NCBI RefSeq assembly: GCF_006345805.1
Contig: NC_043014.1
Location: 8,556,001-8,620,000, forward strand
DNA: 64,000 nucleotides
From: Octopus sinensis
Lineage: Eukaryota
Reading direction: 5' to 3'
The position numbers were made by a program, and so were the translations under genes. Positions 36,832 through 48,808 of this stretch are shown piece by piece. Every line of letters begins with the position of its first letter. Within the stretch, counting starts at the first letter, position 1. The notes under the pieces were generated by a model that saw only the letters and a list, made by a program, of their open reading frames with translations, was not told where the DNA came from and did not search any database.

Positions 36832-36894
36832 TATTTTAGCAAAAACTGTCCGACGAACGGGAACGTGAAACTCAGAGTAACAGGTTTTGTTGAA
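36832..36894 (+). ncRNA. Minimal type I hammerhead ribozyme motif (U4C variant)
   Basis: CTGT-CCGACGA-ACG-GGAA-CGT-GAAA-CTCAGAG-TA-ACAG; stem I extends to about 14 bp with two G-U pairs and one mismatch; GUA cleavage triplet. Confidence 0.7.
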
Positions 36895-37083
36895 TTTTCC
36901 GCTGCTTTTAAATAAAGCATATTACTCTACCACTGGTATTTGAGTACTCTTTTTTCCACCTTGTTTCACATTTATGTGTTTACTCCGGTATCTCTCTCTC
37001 TCTCCTCTCTCTCTCTCTCCTCTCTCCTCTCTCTCTCTCTATATATATATAATATATATATATAATATATATATATATATATA

Positions 37084-37525
37084 AGGGTAAATAATTATTA
37101 ATTTTAAAATTAATAATTATTACCAAGTAGTTATTGGTATGAAAAGAGAACCATAATTTGTAGGAACTTTTACAAAAAGTTTCTCATATATATATGATTA
37201 GGGTTAAGCAACAGGCTGCTTAACCACATACCGAAAATTTAGAAATAGCAGCCAAAGACTGCTTATTCCTATTTACTACAGATATAGCTCCACATATAAC
37301 ATTACTTGTAACTCACATAGGTAAAAAGAAGGCAAATAACGAAATCAAACAGTCTTCGGTCAGTTGTGGATGCGTTTCTGGGTTAGAATTATAAAGAACT
37401 CATTTTTTACTTATGTGAGTTACAAGTAATGTTATATGTGGAGCTATATCTGTAGTAAATAGGAATAAGCGGTCTTTGGCTGCTATTTCTAAATTTTTGG
37501 TATGTGGTTAAGTAGCCTGTTGCTT
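37084..37525. mobile_element. (TA)n-embedded fold-back element with ~120-bp inverted arms
   Basis: 37206-37327 versus 37404-37525; second copy at 40360-40733 whose right arm is cut by a SINE-A head. Confidence 0.85.
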
Positions 37526-37750
37526 GGCACGTAAAAAGCACCATCCGATCGTGGCCGTTGCCAGCCTCGCCTGGCCCCCGTGCCAGTGACACGTAAAAAT
37601 CACCCACTACACTCACGGAGTGGTTGGCGTTAGGAAGGGCATCCAGCCGTAGAAACACTGCCAGATCAGACTGGGCCTGGTGCAGCCTTCTGGCTTCACA
37701 GACCCCAGTTGAACCGTCCAACCCATGCTAGCATGGAAAGCGGACGCTAA

Positions 37751-37782
<32 letters not shown>

Positions 37783-37938
37783 ATATATATATATATATAT
37801 AATATATATATAACGGGAAGCTTTATGAAAATAGACAAAAGACGAAGGCAGGTTTACGGAAAAACAAAAGACGAAGGCAGGTGGAATACAAACAACAATT
37901 GTATTAGTATGGCGCTCAGGAAATATAAATAAAACAAG

Positions 37939-37976
<38 letters not shown>

Positions 37977-37979
<3 letters not shown>

Positions 37980-38074
37980 CAACAAGGATATCCAAGGTAG
38001 TGTAGTACAACCGTTTCATGCTACTTCATTTTATTAAACACTGTACTACTCTACCTTGGATATCCTTGATGCTT
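37977..38074. repeat. 33-bp-arm hairpin of another (TA)n-embedded element
   Basis: aagcaacaaggatatccaaggtagtgtagtaca / tgtactactctaccttggatatccttgatgctt; collapsed relative at ~41565-41620. Confidence 0.75.
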
Positions 38075-38237
38075 ATTTTGATTATAATCACCCCATTTGA
38101 TTTATATATATATATATACACACACATACATAAATAGGCAGAAGTTACAGAGTGACAATGACCAAATTCGTGGTTTGATAAGTGCCAATACATGAAACTC
38201 TCAGCTTTTGACTTACTCTCTAACTTTTGCCGATGAT

Positions 38238-38295
<58 letters not shown>

Positions 38296-38494
38296 CTCAT
38301 CACGCAACTGAACCAATGAAAAAGTCTCTACCTGGTCGCTCGACAAGCTAAAAATAACAGCCAAAGTATCCCCCTACCTAAATCACATCCCCATTCTACG
38401 TTATGTCCTAGATTATCCCTAAAAAGATGGTTTATTGAAAATTGTTTTAGTAACAACATAGAGAGGTAGTACCGTGACAACATTTTAGGACAGC

Positions 38495-39705
38495 TGCTAA
38501 TCTCATCATGATGCTTTCCACAGTTGCACCTTGGGATTACAAGAGCGTCACTATCTCTTTTTCACCAGGTAATTTTGTGGCAATCTCCTGTTCCTGGATT
38601 GCAAATGCATAGCCTGCAAAATGTGATGTGATGTAGTGGTCTTGTGTCCAAGGGAGGCTGCACCTTGTGTCAGTTCTACTGTTTTCTTCAAGCTTCCAGG
38701 CATAGTCTTTTTTTTTTTTTTGTATGCTGAGAATTGAAATCGATCAACATCAATGGAAATTGCAGCTGTGATACCAGTGCCGGTGGCACGTAAGAGAACC
38801 ATCTGAACGTGGCCGTTGCCAGCGCCGCCCCGACTAGCCTCGTGCCGGTGGCATGTAAAAAGCACCATCTGTTCGTGGCCATTGCCAGCCTCACATGGCC
38901 CCCCGTGTCAGTGGCACATAAAAAGTGCCATCCAATCGTGGCCGTTTGCCAGCCTCATCTGGCACCTGTGCTGGTGGCACATAAAAAGCACCCACTACAC
39001 TCACGGAGTGGTTGGCGTTAGGAAGGCCATCCAGCCGTAGAAACATTGCCAGATCAGACTGGGCCTGATACAGCCTTCTGGCTTCCCAGACCCCAGTTGA
39101 ACCGTCCAACCCATGCTAGCATGGAAAGCGGATGCTAAACGATGATGATGATGAGTGCTTTCCATCCAGGTCCTCTCTGAGATAAGAGAGTTTTGTAAGG
39201 AGCTCACTGCCAACTCATACAATGTTGCTCACTTCACTTTAAGGACTGCATTATCATCATCATCATCATCATCGTTTAACGTCCGTTTTCCGCGCTAGCA
39301 CGGGTTGGACGGTTTCGACCGGGGTCTGGGGAGCTAGGGACTGCCCCAGGCTCCAGTCTGGTCTGGCAGTGTTTCTACAGCTGGATTTTACTACCCACAA
39401 GGGGCTAAACACAGAAAGGACAAACAAGGATAGACAAACGGATTAAGTCGATTATATCGACCCTGTAAGGATGAAAGCAAAGTCAACCTCGGCGGAATTT
39501 GAACTCAGAACACAGCAGCAGACGAAATACCGCTAAGCATTTCGACCGGCGTACTAACGTTTCTGCCAGCTCGCCGCCTTGATATATATATATAAATACC
39601 ATACAGCATTTGATCTCAGGCTCTACCACCTTCATTTCTTCTTAGGTAGACCCTGTCAACATCACTGTTTCTGTGGAAGTTCCCAGTTGTTATCAGGATT
39701 GTATG
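38495..39705 (-). mobile_element. Fragments of a decayed R4/Dong-like (RLE) non-LTR element, split by SINEs
   Basis: FHRNSDVDRVYLRRNEGGR at ~39620-39700 and W....ITSHFAGYAFAIQEQEIATK at ~38550-38700. Confidence 0.6.
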
Positions 39706-40328
39706 TATGCGTGTATGTATCTGAGAGTGTATGTGTGTTTGTTTTAAGTATGAATACTCTTTACTTGTTTCAGTCATTTGACTGTCGCCATGCTGGAGCA
39801 CCGCCTTTAGTTGAGCAAATCAACCCCAGGACTTATTCTTTGTAAGCCTAGTACTTATTCTATCGGTCTCTCTTGCCAAACTGCTAAGATACGGGGACAT
39901 AAACACACCAACATCAGTTGTCAAGCGATGTTGGGGGGACAAACACAGACACACAAACATATACACACACATACATATATATATGTATGGAAATTGCAGC
40001 CGTGATACCAGTGCCGGAGGCACGTAAGCGAACCATCTGATCGTGGCCGTTGCCAGCGCCGCCCCGACTAGCCTCCATGCCAGTGGCACGTAAAAAGCAC
40101 GATCCGATCGTGGCCATTGCTAGCCTCGCCTGGCCCCCGTGCCAGTGGCATGTAAAAAGCACCCACTACACTCACGGAGTGGTTGGCGTTAGGAAGGGCA
40201 TCCAGCTGTAGAAACATTGCCAGATCAGACTGGGCCTGGTGCAGCCTCCTTGCTTCCCAGACCCCAGTTGAACCGTCCAACCCATGCTAGCATGGAAAGC
40301 GGACGCTAAATGATGATGATGATGATGA

Positions 40329-40364
<36 letters not shown>

Positions 40365-41081
40365 AATAATTATTAATTCTAAAATTAATAATTATTACCA
40401 AGTAGTTATTGGTATGAAAAGAGAACCATAATTGGTAGGAACTTTTAGAAAAAGTTTCTCGTATATATATATAATTAGGGTTAAGCAACAGGCTGCTTAA
40501 CCGCATACTGAAAATTTAGAAATAGCAGCCAAACACCGCTTATTCCTATTTACTACAGATATAGCTCTACATATAACATTACTTGTAACTCACATAGGCA
40601 CAAAGTAGGAAAATAACAAAATCAAACAGTCTTCGGTCAGTTGTGGAAGCGTTTCTAGGTTAGAATTATAAAGAACTCATTTTTTACCTGTGCGTGTTAC
40701 AAGTAATGTTATATGTGGAGCTATATCTGTAGCTACTTACCACACAGCCACTCCAGCGCCTATATGAATGTATAAAGAGATTGATAGAAAATGTTATTGT
40801 CTCTAAGCCGAGTTCCTTCTTTCGACACAACTGAACTTGACCTTGGTTTGACCAATAGCAGTTAAAGGTATACACATATACACACACATATTTCTACTTC
40901 TAAACTGGTCTTATTTTATGAAGCATGTAAATAAAAGAATTATAAAATTACATCTCTCAACAGCTAAAAGCATTCTTTTTCAGCTTTACAATTATTGCAT
41001 ATATATTCAAATGTTTCATTAAATGGAACCTTTTTTTCCTTATTATTTTTTCATATATTTCTCATCATTCTGTCAAACACT

Positions 41082-41144
41082 TGGAATTCACACCTCCATG
41101 ATTATGCGTCACGGGGCTCTGAACCATTAAGCTAAAACCACTCA
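41082..41144 (-). pseudogene. More decayed inverted copy of the tRNA-like sequence
   Basis: Reverse complement TTAGCTTAATGGTTCAGAGCCCCGTGACGCATAATCATGGAGGTGTGAATTCCA aligns to 41198-41252. Confidence 0.65.
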
Positions 41145-41191
41145 CACTACAAATTCTACTGCAAATTTAAGATATAAGAATTTGTGGTGTA

Positions 41192-41270
41192 GGTAGTTTA
41201 GCTTAACGGTTCAGAGCACCGCGACACGTAATCACGAAGGTGTGAGTTCGAGTCTCATAGCCGGCCACCA
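41192..41270 (+). pseudogene. tRNA-Thr(CGT)-like sequence with encoded CCA and T6 terminator
   Basis: A-box TAGCTTAACGG, B-box GTTCGAGTC, anticodon arm CGCGA-CACGTAA-TCACG, T-arm GTGAG/CTCAT, ends GGCCACCA; acceptor stem mismatched and position 33 is A, so not a canonical tRNA. Confidence 0.65.
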
Positions 41271-41432
41271 ACACTTTTTTCTGAAAAATAGGGGTAGCTT
41301 ATCCTGTTCAGGCTATATTATTAGCATTATCCTGTGTTTGAGAATTTAAAATCACTTCTTTAACTTTCTAAGACATCTCAACACTTCTAAAGCAAACTTC
41401 GTTTGTTTGTTTATGTTCATCGTAATTTGAAT

Positions 41433-41463
<31 letters not shown>

Positions 41464-41616
41464 TATATATACATATGTTCAGTAAAAATCTAGGTTCTGT
41501 TGAATATGGTACTTAAGTTAAAGGCACCAGAATTTAGTATGGAATTATCCATATAATTCAAAATGGGGTGATTATAATCAAAATAAGCAACAAGGATACC
41601 CTTGTTGCTTACTTTG

Positions 41617-41668
<52 letters not shown>

Positions 41669-42861
41669 GAAAAGAGAGAGAAAGAGAGAGAGAGAGAGAC
41701 AGACAGACAGAGAATCCACAAGAAATATCTTAGTTCTTAACAAGTTGATTTCAATATGTTTTCACAAGACTGATCTCCGAGTCGGTCAGTTTTTAAGGAT
41801 AAAGGTTAGAAATTTTTCATATCTTGTATAACTGGCATTTTTTTGTTTTGGAATTAAAAAAAAATTTTTGTGAATTTGTCTTCAACACGTGAGAATTCAA
41901 ATGATTATGAAAATAAATTGTATGTGATTTAAGGGTAATTTAGCTGTTATTTTTAGTACAGCTTATGACCACCTGATACTTTCTTTGTTTTTTTGTCACT
42001 GGCATGTATTAATATTTTTCAATATTTTTCTCCCCATAAACTCATTTAGTTACATCCAAGGGTGAACCAAGAATTCGGACTATCCATATTTTAAATTCCA
42101 ATCAAATAAAAAAAAAATATACAACAAATGAATGTAGCAATTGGTCACGGCTTTTATTTTGGGGAATTTTCAGAAAAATTTTGTTAATTTGTGTTCTATG
42201 CACTGGAATTCATATGTTTATTGCTACAAAAAATAAATTTTAAAAAATAATTTAAAATAAATTAAAAAATATTTTTTAATTCCATAAATCCTCAAATTTC
42301 CTACTTCTTTTGAATTTTATTATTTAAAAATCAGAGTTTAAAATACAGATATTCAGAAGTTTTTGCTTAAATTTCAGCAATGGACCACTCTTGAACAATA
42401 TCAATACATCATAGTGACAAAGAAACGACGACAGAATCAGGTGGTTGTGCAATGTGCTAAAAACAACAGCTGAATTGCCTAAATCCTCCTCATCATCATC
42501 ATTTAACATCCGCTTTCCATGCTAGCATGGGTTGGATGATTTTACTGAGGTCTGGCGAACCAGACGCCAATCTGATCTGGCAGAGTTTCTACAGCTGGAT
42601 GCCCTTCCCAACGCCAACCACTCCGAGAGTGCAGTGGGTGCTTCTATGTGCCACTGGCACGGGGGCCAGTTTGGTGGTACTGGCAATAGCCACGCCCAAA
42701 TGGTGTTTTTTATGTGCCACCTGCACAAAATCAGGCACAAAAATTTTATTTGCATAATCTTTTGAATTCCCACGTATAGAAGACAAGTTTGTAAAAAGTT
42801 TCTGAAAATTCTGTAAAGTAGAAAAGTGACAAGGGGTTTCATGGGGTCCTTAAGCTAAAAT

Positions 42862-43210
42862 TCTGTCCCTCCAACTAAGAGGAAATACCAACAGTATTCC
42901 ATTGAATATTTGTCTTATGGCTGTATTCTGTTGCCACAGAATGAAGTGAAACTAATGTGTCTCACATGTATGGATGTCCTGTCATTGCATGAAACCAGCT
43001 CAGCTTAAATCCATTCAGAGACCAAGCTGAAAGACAAGTAAAACAATCCAATAAAATATTTTAGAAAACTGTGCAATGAATTTCCAAGCAAGGAAAATAG
43101 TGAATAAGTCATTTAGTAATCAATTATGTAAAAATAATGGTCAACTGACATCCTATGAAATTTCTAAAATGATAGCAAAGGCTGGGAAACCTTATAATAT
43201 TGGTGAAACA
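42862..43210 (+). mobile_element. Decayed hAT (Buster/ZBED5-like) transposase 5' fragment
   Basis: KRKYQQYSIEYLSYG....PQNEVKLMCLTC and SYEISKMIAKAGKPYNIGET. Confidence 0.75.
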
Positions 43211-43847
43211 TATGACTGAAGCAAGTAAAAGAATAAAGAGTATATGTTTTCATGCATCCGCTGCTGAAAATTTGGTAAATGCAGTTAATGTAGGGGAGAC
43301 AACTCAAAACTCAGACATCTTGAAAGTGTTACTGAAACAAATTATCTATCGATGTTTAGAAAAGTCTAAACTGGAGATGAATGACATTTCATTAATGAAT
43401 TGGCAAATATTTAAAAGTCTTAGAAATAATAGATACTAGAAAGGAACTATTAAAAAAAATAGAGCAATGAAAGAAGAAAAAAAAAAAAATCACTTTAATA
43501 GAATAATTATCTCCCTTGAAAGGTTAACTACGTAAAAGCTTATGGCAACGAAAAGCTACAGGATAAACATTTCTTTCCCAAATCAGTAAAAATCAATAAA
43601 TACCTATTTCTTTACTATCCACAAGGGGCTAAACACAGAGGGGACAAACAAATGGATTAAGTCGATTATATCGACCCCAGTGCGTAACTGGTACTTAATT
43701 TATCGACCCCGAAAGGATGAGAGGCAAAGTCGACCTCGGCGGAATTTGAACTCAGAACGTAACGGCAGACGAAATACGGCTACGCATATCGCCCGGCGTG
43801 CTAACGCTTCTGCCAGCTCACCGCTCAATAAATATAGTTCTTTAGGT

Positions 43848-44244
43848 GGATCTTTTCGGTTTGAACGGCAGTTTTTTCTAGCAGTGTCATATGAAATTGT
43901 CACCCATAATTATGACCCTAGTATCGATCTGTTTTAGGCTTAGGGGTGGGGGGAAGGGTATCTTTTTTTCTTCACAAATGTAAATAAACCCAATCTGTTT
44001 CTTAAACGAGGAACATATTCATACGGCACAGAATGTTTTTTTTACCTCAATAGACGTCATTGATTGGTTGAAACTGCAGAAATTGAAGAAAAACACAACA
44101 AATATCTTACAAACTATAGAATTTTCTCAATAAAGCCAAGAGAAAAAGATGTTTTATAAACACATTCTACCAGTACACGAAGTTTAAAATGTTTTAGTTA
44201 CTAAGAAATTATGTTAAAAACTGCCGTTCAAACCGAAAAGATCC
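43848..44244. mobile_element. Complete MITE with GG termini and 8-bp TSD
   Basis: GGATCTTTTCGGTTTGAACGGCAG ... CTGCCGTTCAAACCGAAAAGATCC; TSD ctttaggt at 43840-43847 and 44245-44252. Confidence 0.9.
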
Positions 44245-44828
44245 CTTTAGGTCAGAGCATAAACCAAACATTGATATATTTAGCATTAACTCTGTAATTG
44301 TTAGTCTAAGAAAATATACGACAGAAGTTTCCGGCAGAGTTAGTGATATATATATATGGAATTACCTCCCTTCAGTTACAATTGGGACCAGCTCTGTTGA
44401 GAAAATGGATAACATTTAAAAAGCTAAGGGCACAAAAATATTGTTTCACTCGACTTTGAGACTGCGATGAATCATTATTTTGGTTTTCTTAGTCAATAAT
44501 AACAATAATTATACAATATAAGCTACTTTAATATACGTTCATTGTTCAATATAAACCAAGCCTAGAATAAATGTTACAACATTACGTGAATTCACGTAGA
44601 TATAAAACTGCACTTAAGTAAGTGAGATGATGTGCAGGCGCATGTATGGCTGTTGCGGTTAAGAAATTCACTTTGCAACCACGCGCTTTCGGGTTCAGTC
44701 CCACTGCGTGACATCTTGGGCAGGTGTCTTCTTCTAGCTCTGAGTTGACTAATGGTAGACGGAAATGGTGGAGAACGATTCCTCCGCGCTTGCGTGTGAG
44801 AAAGAGATCGATAGAGATAGATAAATAA

Positions 44829-44896
<68 letters not shown>

Positions 44897-44911
44897 ATAG
44901 ACAGACAGACT

Positions 44912-44973
<62 letters not shown>

Positions 44974-45115
44974 CAGATAAACAGATAGATAGATGGATGG
45001 ATGGATGGATAGACAGATAAACAGATGGATAGATAGATAGATAGATAGATGGATGGATGGATGGATGGATGGATAGATAGACTGACGGACGGATGGACAG
45101 ACAGACAGACAGACA

Positions 45116-45154
<39 letters not shown>

Positions 45155-45816
45155 CTGTGTTTGTCTCACATCACCACTTGATAACCGGTGTTGGTTTGGT
45201 TACCTCTCCGTGTGATAGCGGTTCGGCAATAAGAGAACGATAAACACCATACATTTTGAAAATAGTTACTGGGATCGATGTGATCGACTAAACCCTTTAA
45301 GGCGGTGCTCCAGCACGGCCGCAGCCAAGTCACTGAAACAGCTAAAAGAAAAAATAGTTTGGTATTTTCTCTTGATGCACCACTTTAATACTCTTTTCTA
45401 CTCTAGGCACAAGGCCCGAAATTTTTGGGGAGGTGGGGGCAGTCGATTAGATCGATCCCCCAGTACGCAACTGGTACTTAATTTATCGACCTCGAAAGGA
45501 TGAAAGGCAAAGTCGACCTCGGCGGAATTTGAACTCAGAACGTAGCGGCAGACGAAATACCTATTTCTTTACTATCCAAAAGGGGCTAAACACAGAGAGG
45601 ACAAACAAGGACAGACATAGGTATTAAGTCGATTACATCGACCCCTAGTACGCAACTGGCACTTAATTTATCGACCTCGAAAGGATGAAAGGCAAAGTCG
45701 ACCTCGGCGGAATTTGAACTCAGAACACCACTTTAACAGTTTATTTGCTCACGTTGTCGTTGTTGCCGTTGACTGAAAATAGGATAAAAAGAAATAATTG
45801 CTTAAGCCTATGTATG

Positions 45817-46014
45817 TACAGGGTGCATTCCTAAAGTTTTGAGACGTCTTTGGGAGAGACATTCATTAATTTCAAAATAGTACAAAACCCTAATCTCTTT
45901 CTAAGTAGGAAAATCTGACTTCAATGCGCTTGTGGTAGTGCACCAGCTATTTCGGAAAAGCACCATGGAAGTCCTCCAAAATGAAGGTGTCAAGGACCCT
46001 AGTCACAGCCTACT
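45817..46014 (-). mobile_element. Mariner 3' fragment
   Basis: AVTRVLDTFILEDFHGAFPK*LVHYHKRIE resembles mariner C-termini; TA-CAGGGTG terminus-like sequence at 45817. Confidence 0.55.
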
Positions 46015-47134
46015 CCTCTCCTCCTCCTCCTCCTCCTCCTCCTCCTCCTCTCATCTTTCTTCTCCCCTCCTCCTCCTTCTCATCTCATCTTTCTTCTCCC
46101 CTCCTCCTCCTTCTCATCTCATCCTTCTTCTCCCCCTCCTCCTCTCCCCCTTCTTATCCCCCTCCCCTCCTCCTCCTCCTCCTCCTTTCATCCTTCTTCT
46201 CCCCTCCCCTTCCTTCTTCCCCTCCCCTTCCTTCTTCCCCTCCCCTCCTTCTCCTCCCCTCTCCCCCTCCCCCCTCCGTCCCCCTCCCCCCTCCTTCTTC
46301 CCCACCCCCTCCCCCCTCCTTCTTCTCCCCCTCCTCCTCCTTCTTCTCCATCTCCCCTCCCCTCCTCCTCCTCCTCTCATCTTTCTTCTCCCCTCCTCCT
46401 CCTTCTCCTCATCCTTCTTCTCCGCCTCCTCCCTCCTCCGTCTCCTCCATCTTCTCCCTTACTCCTCCCCTCCTTCTCCTCCCCTCTCCCCTCTCCCCAT
46501 CCTCCCCTCCCCTCCCCTCCTTCTTCCCCACCCCCTCCCCCCTCCTTCTTCTCCCCCTCCTCCTCCTTCTTCTCCCCTCACCATCCTCCCCCTCTTCCCC
46601 CTCTCCGCCTCCTCTTCCTAATTTGAATTGTTTCCAAAGGAAACCTTGTCACATCCTCCCTCCCCCTCCCTCCCCCTTCCCCCTCCGTCCCCCTTCCCCC
46701 TCCGTCCCCCTTCCCCCTCCGTCCCCCTTCCCCCTCCGTCCCCCTCCCCCCTCCGTCCCCCTTCCCCCTCCGTCCCCCGTCCCCCTCCGTCCCCCTTCCC
46801 CCTCCGTCCCCCTCCGTCCCCCTCCGTCCCCCTTCCCCCTCCGTCCCCCTCCCCCCTCCGTCCCCCTTCCCCCTCCGTCCCCCTCCCCCCTCCGTCCCCC
46901 TTCCCCCTCCGTCCCCCTTCCCCCTCCGTCCCCCTCCGTCCCCCTCCCCCCTCCGTCCCCCTTCCCCCTCCGTCCCCCTCCCCCCTCCGTCCCCCTCCCC
47001 CCTCCGTCCCCCTTCCCCCTCCGTCCCCCTCCCCCCTCCGTCCCCCTCCCCCCTCCGTCCCCCTTCCCCCTCCGTCCCCCTCCCCCCTCCGTCCCCCTTC
47101 CCCCTCCGTCCCCCTCCCCCCTCCTTCTCTCCCC
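46012..47134. repeat. ~1.1-kb polypyrimidine/polypurine tract including a CCCTCCGTCCCCCTTCCC-type minisatellite
   Basis: Almost pure C/T on +; minisatellite at ~46655-47134. Confidence 0.95.
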
Positions 47135-47334
47135 TTTGTAAAAAAAGTCTTTTTTACAATAGGACAAATTTATATTATTTATAGTATTTAATCTCAAGGC
47201 TCGATAACCTCACTACCTCCTCCTGGTAAAAAAAAAGTGTGGAGGGGGTCTCTACATACATACATACATTACATAAATATGTACACGCATACGTTTATCC
47301 ATAAATGCATGCATATATAAATACAATGTACATG

Positions 47335-47894
47335 ATAACACTTCCAATCAGTTAAGATCAGAAGCCACGGGAGTCACTGCCTGGTACTGCTTCAGGGCTA
47401 TTATTATTATTGAGTGAGAGAGCAGTTCATGCCATCAAAGTGACACTGGGGTAAAATATACGAAGCCCAATATACCCATCATGACTACCCGTCTGATAAA
47501 GGCACACCAGGCACATGCATCACAACCATATGTGCGCGACATGGTGATCTCATATCAAGATAAACAGCACATGACCTTGCAGGTGGGGCCCAGTTAGAAT
47601 TTTCTTCAGGTTGAGTAGCCCATCCCGCTCAAACGGTCCCTGAATAAGGGTTGTTTAAGGATGTTGAAAGAACCACCCATGTTTCCAGAGGTGAATTATT
47701 CAAACCCCAAAGAATCCCTCTCAACACATGGCTATGATGCTCCCCCAGTACTTCTGCTCGTGATCAGAGATGCACATATCGTCAGCCACTAAGGGACATG
47801 CTCAACTGGTTAAGGTCAAACAGCTGACAAGCAAATCTGTGGTATTGAGCAGAATATTTGCTGTAGCCCATCTTTTATACCAAGACAAAACAAT

Positions 47895-47896
<2 letters not shown>
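47335..47896. mobile_element. ~500-bp non-coding interspersed element bounded by (TTA)n
   Basis: Starts and ends in TTA repeats; no ORF; mobility inferred from context only. Confidence 0.45.
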
Positions 47897-47938
<42 letters not shown>

Positions 47939-47970
47939 TTATTATTATTATCATCATTATTATTATTACT

Positions 47971-48112
47971 CTATGTTTGACTTTTGCTTTATATTTGTAC
48001 AAGTTGGCTCCAAGTCTCACCCAGAGACCTCAAGAGACAACAGGTTGGAAGTTCATGTTGTTGTTATGCCTAGTGTGCCATATATTTGGTGGTGGGGGAG
48101 TTTTTGGTGTTG

Positions 48113-48115
<3 letters not shown>
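47971..48115 (-). mobile_element. R4/Dong-like 3' UTR fragment inside (TAA)n
   Basis: Matches the 3' end of 48809-49339 (gaggtctctgggtgagacttggagccaacttgtac). Confidence 0.75.
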
Positions 48116-48169
<54 letters not shown>

Positions 48170-48808
48170 TATTATTATTATTATTATTATTAAGGCAGCG
48201 AGCAGGCAGAATCGTTAGCCCTCTGGATGCAATGCTTAGCTTCGTATTTTACTCGTCGCTACGTTCTGAGTTCAAATTCCGCCGTGGTTGATTTTACCTT
48301 TCATCCTTTCGGGGGGGCCGATAATTTAAATACCAGTAGGACACTCGGGTCGAAGTAATCGACTAGTCTCCTCACCCAAAATTTCAGTACTCTGCATCCT
48401 AGAGATTTTCCACTTTTGAACAATGTTTTTGATAATCCACATTTCTCCAATGTTCTTGATAATCTGTAACTCCATCGATCTAAACAAGGTACACAAAGAA
48501 CAAAAGACACTAAACTGAAATTAAATAGACCTCTGGTACATAAATTATGCATTTGGAAACAGGCTAAGTTTTGCGACAGGCATTGATTACATATAATATG
48601 TTCTGTACAACAATATTGATTTAGTCAAAATTATCGATACTCGATAAAGTGTAGACTATTGGACATTGCTGTCGTGTCTGGAAAATACATGTTTAGTCGG
48701 CCAAAATATGTAATCTGACTGTAAAAACAAAAGGTGTCATGCAAAGGTGGGTGAGAAATATGCAGGTACTCATATATTAGGTAATAGTGTAGGTATATTA
48801 TTATTATT

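Noticed and set aside
41192-41270. Functional tRNA-Thr gene
   Set aside because: Mismatched acceptor stem, A at position 33 and encoded CCA; kept only as tRNA-like
45932-47197. Proline- or glycine-rich ORFs up to 386 aa (extensin/formin-like)
   Set aside because: Arise from the polypyrimidine tract and minisatellite, open in several frames and on both strands, with no domain or splice support
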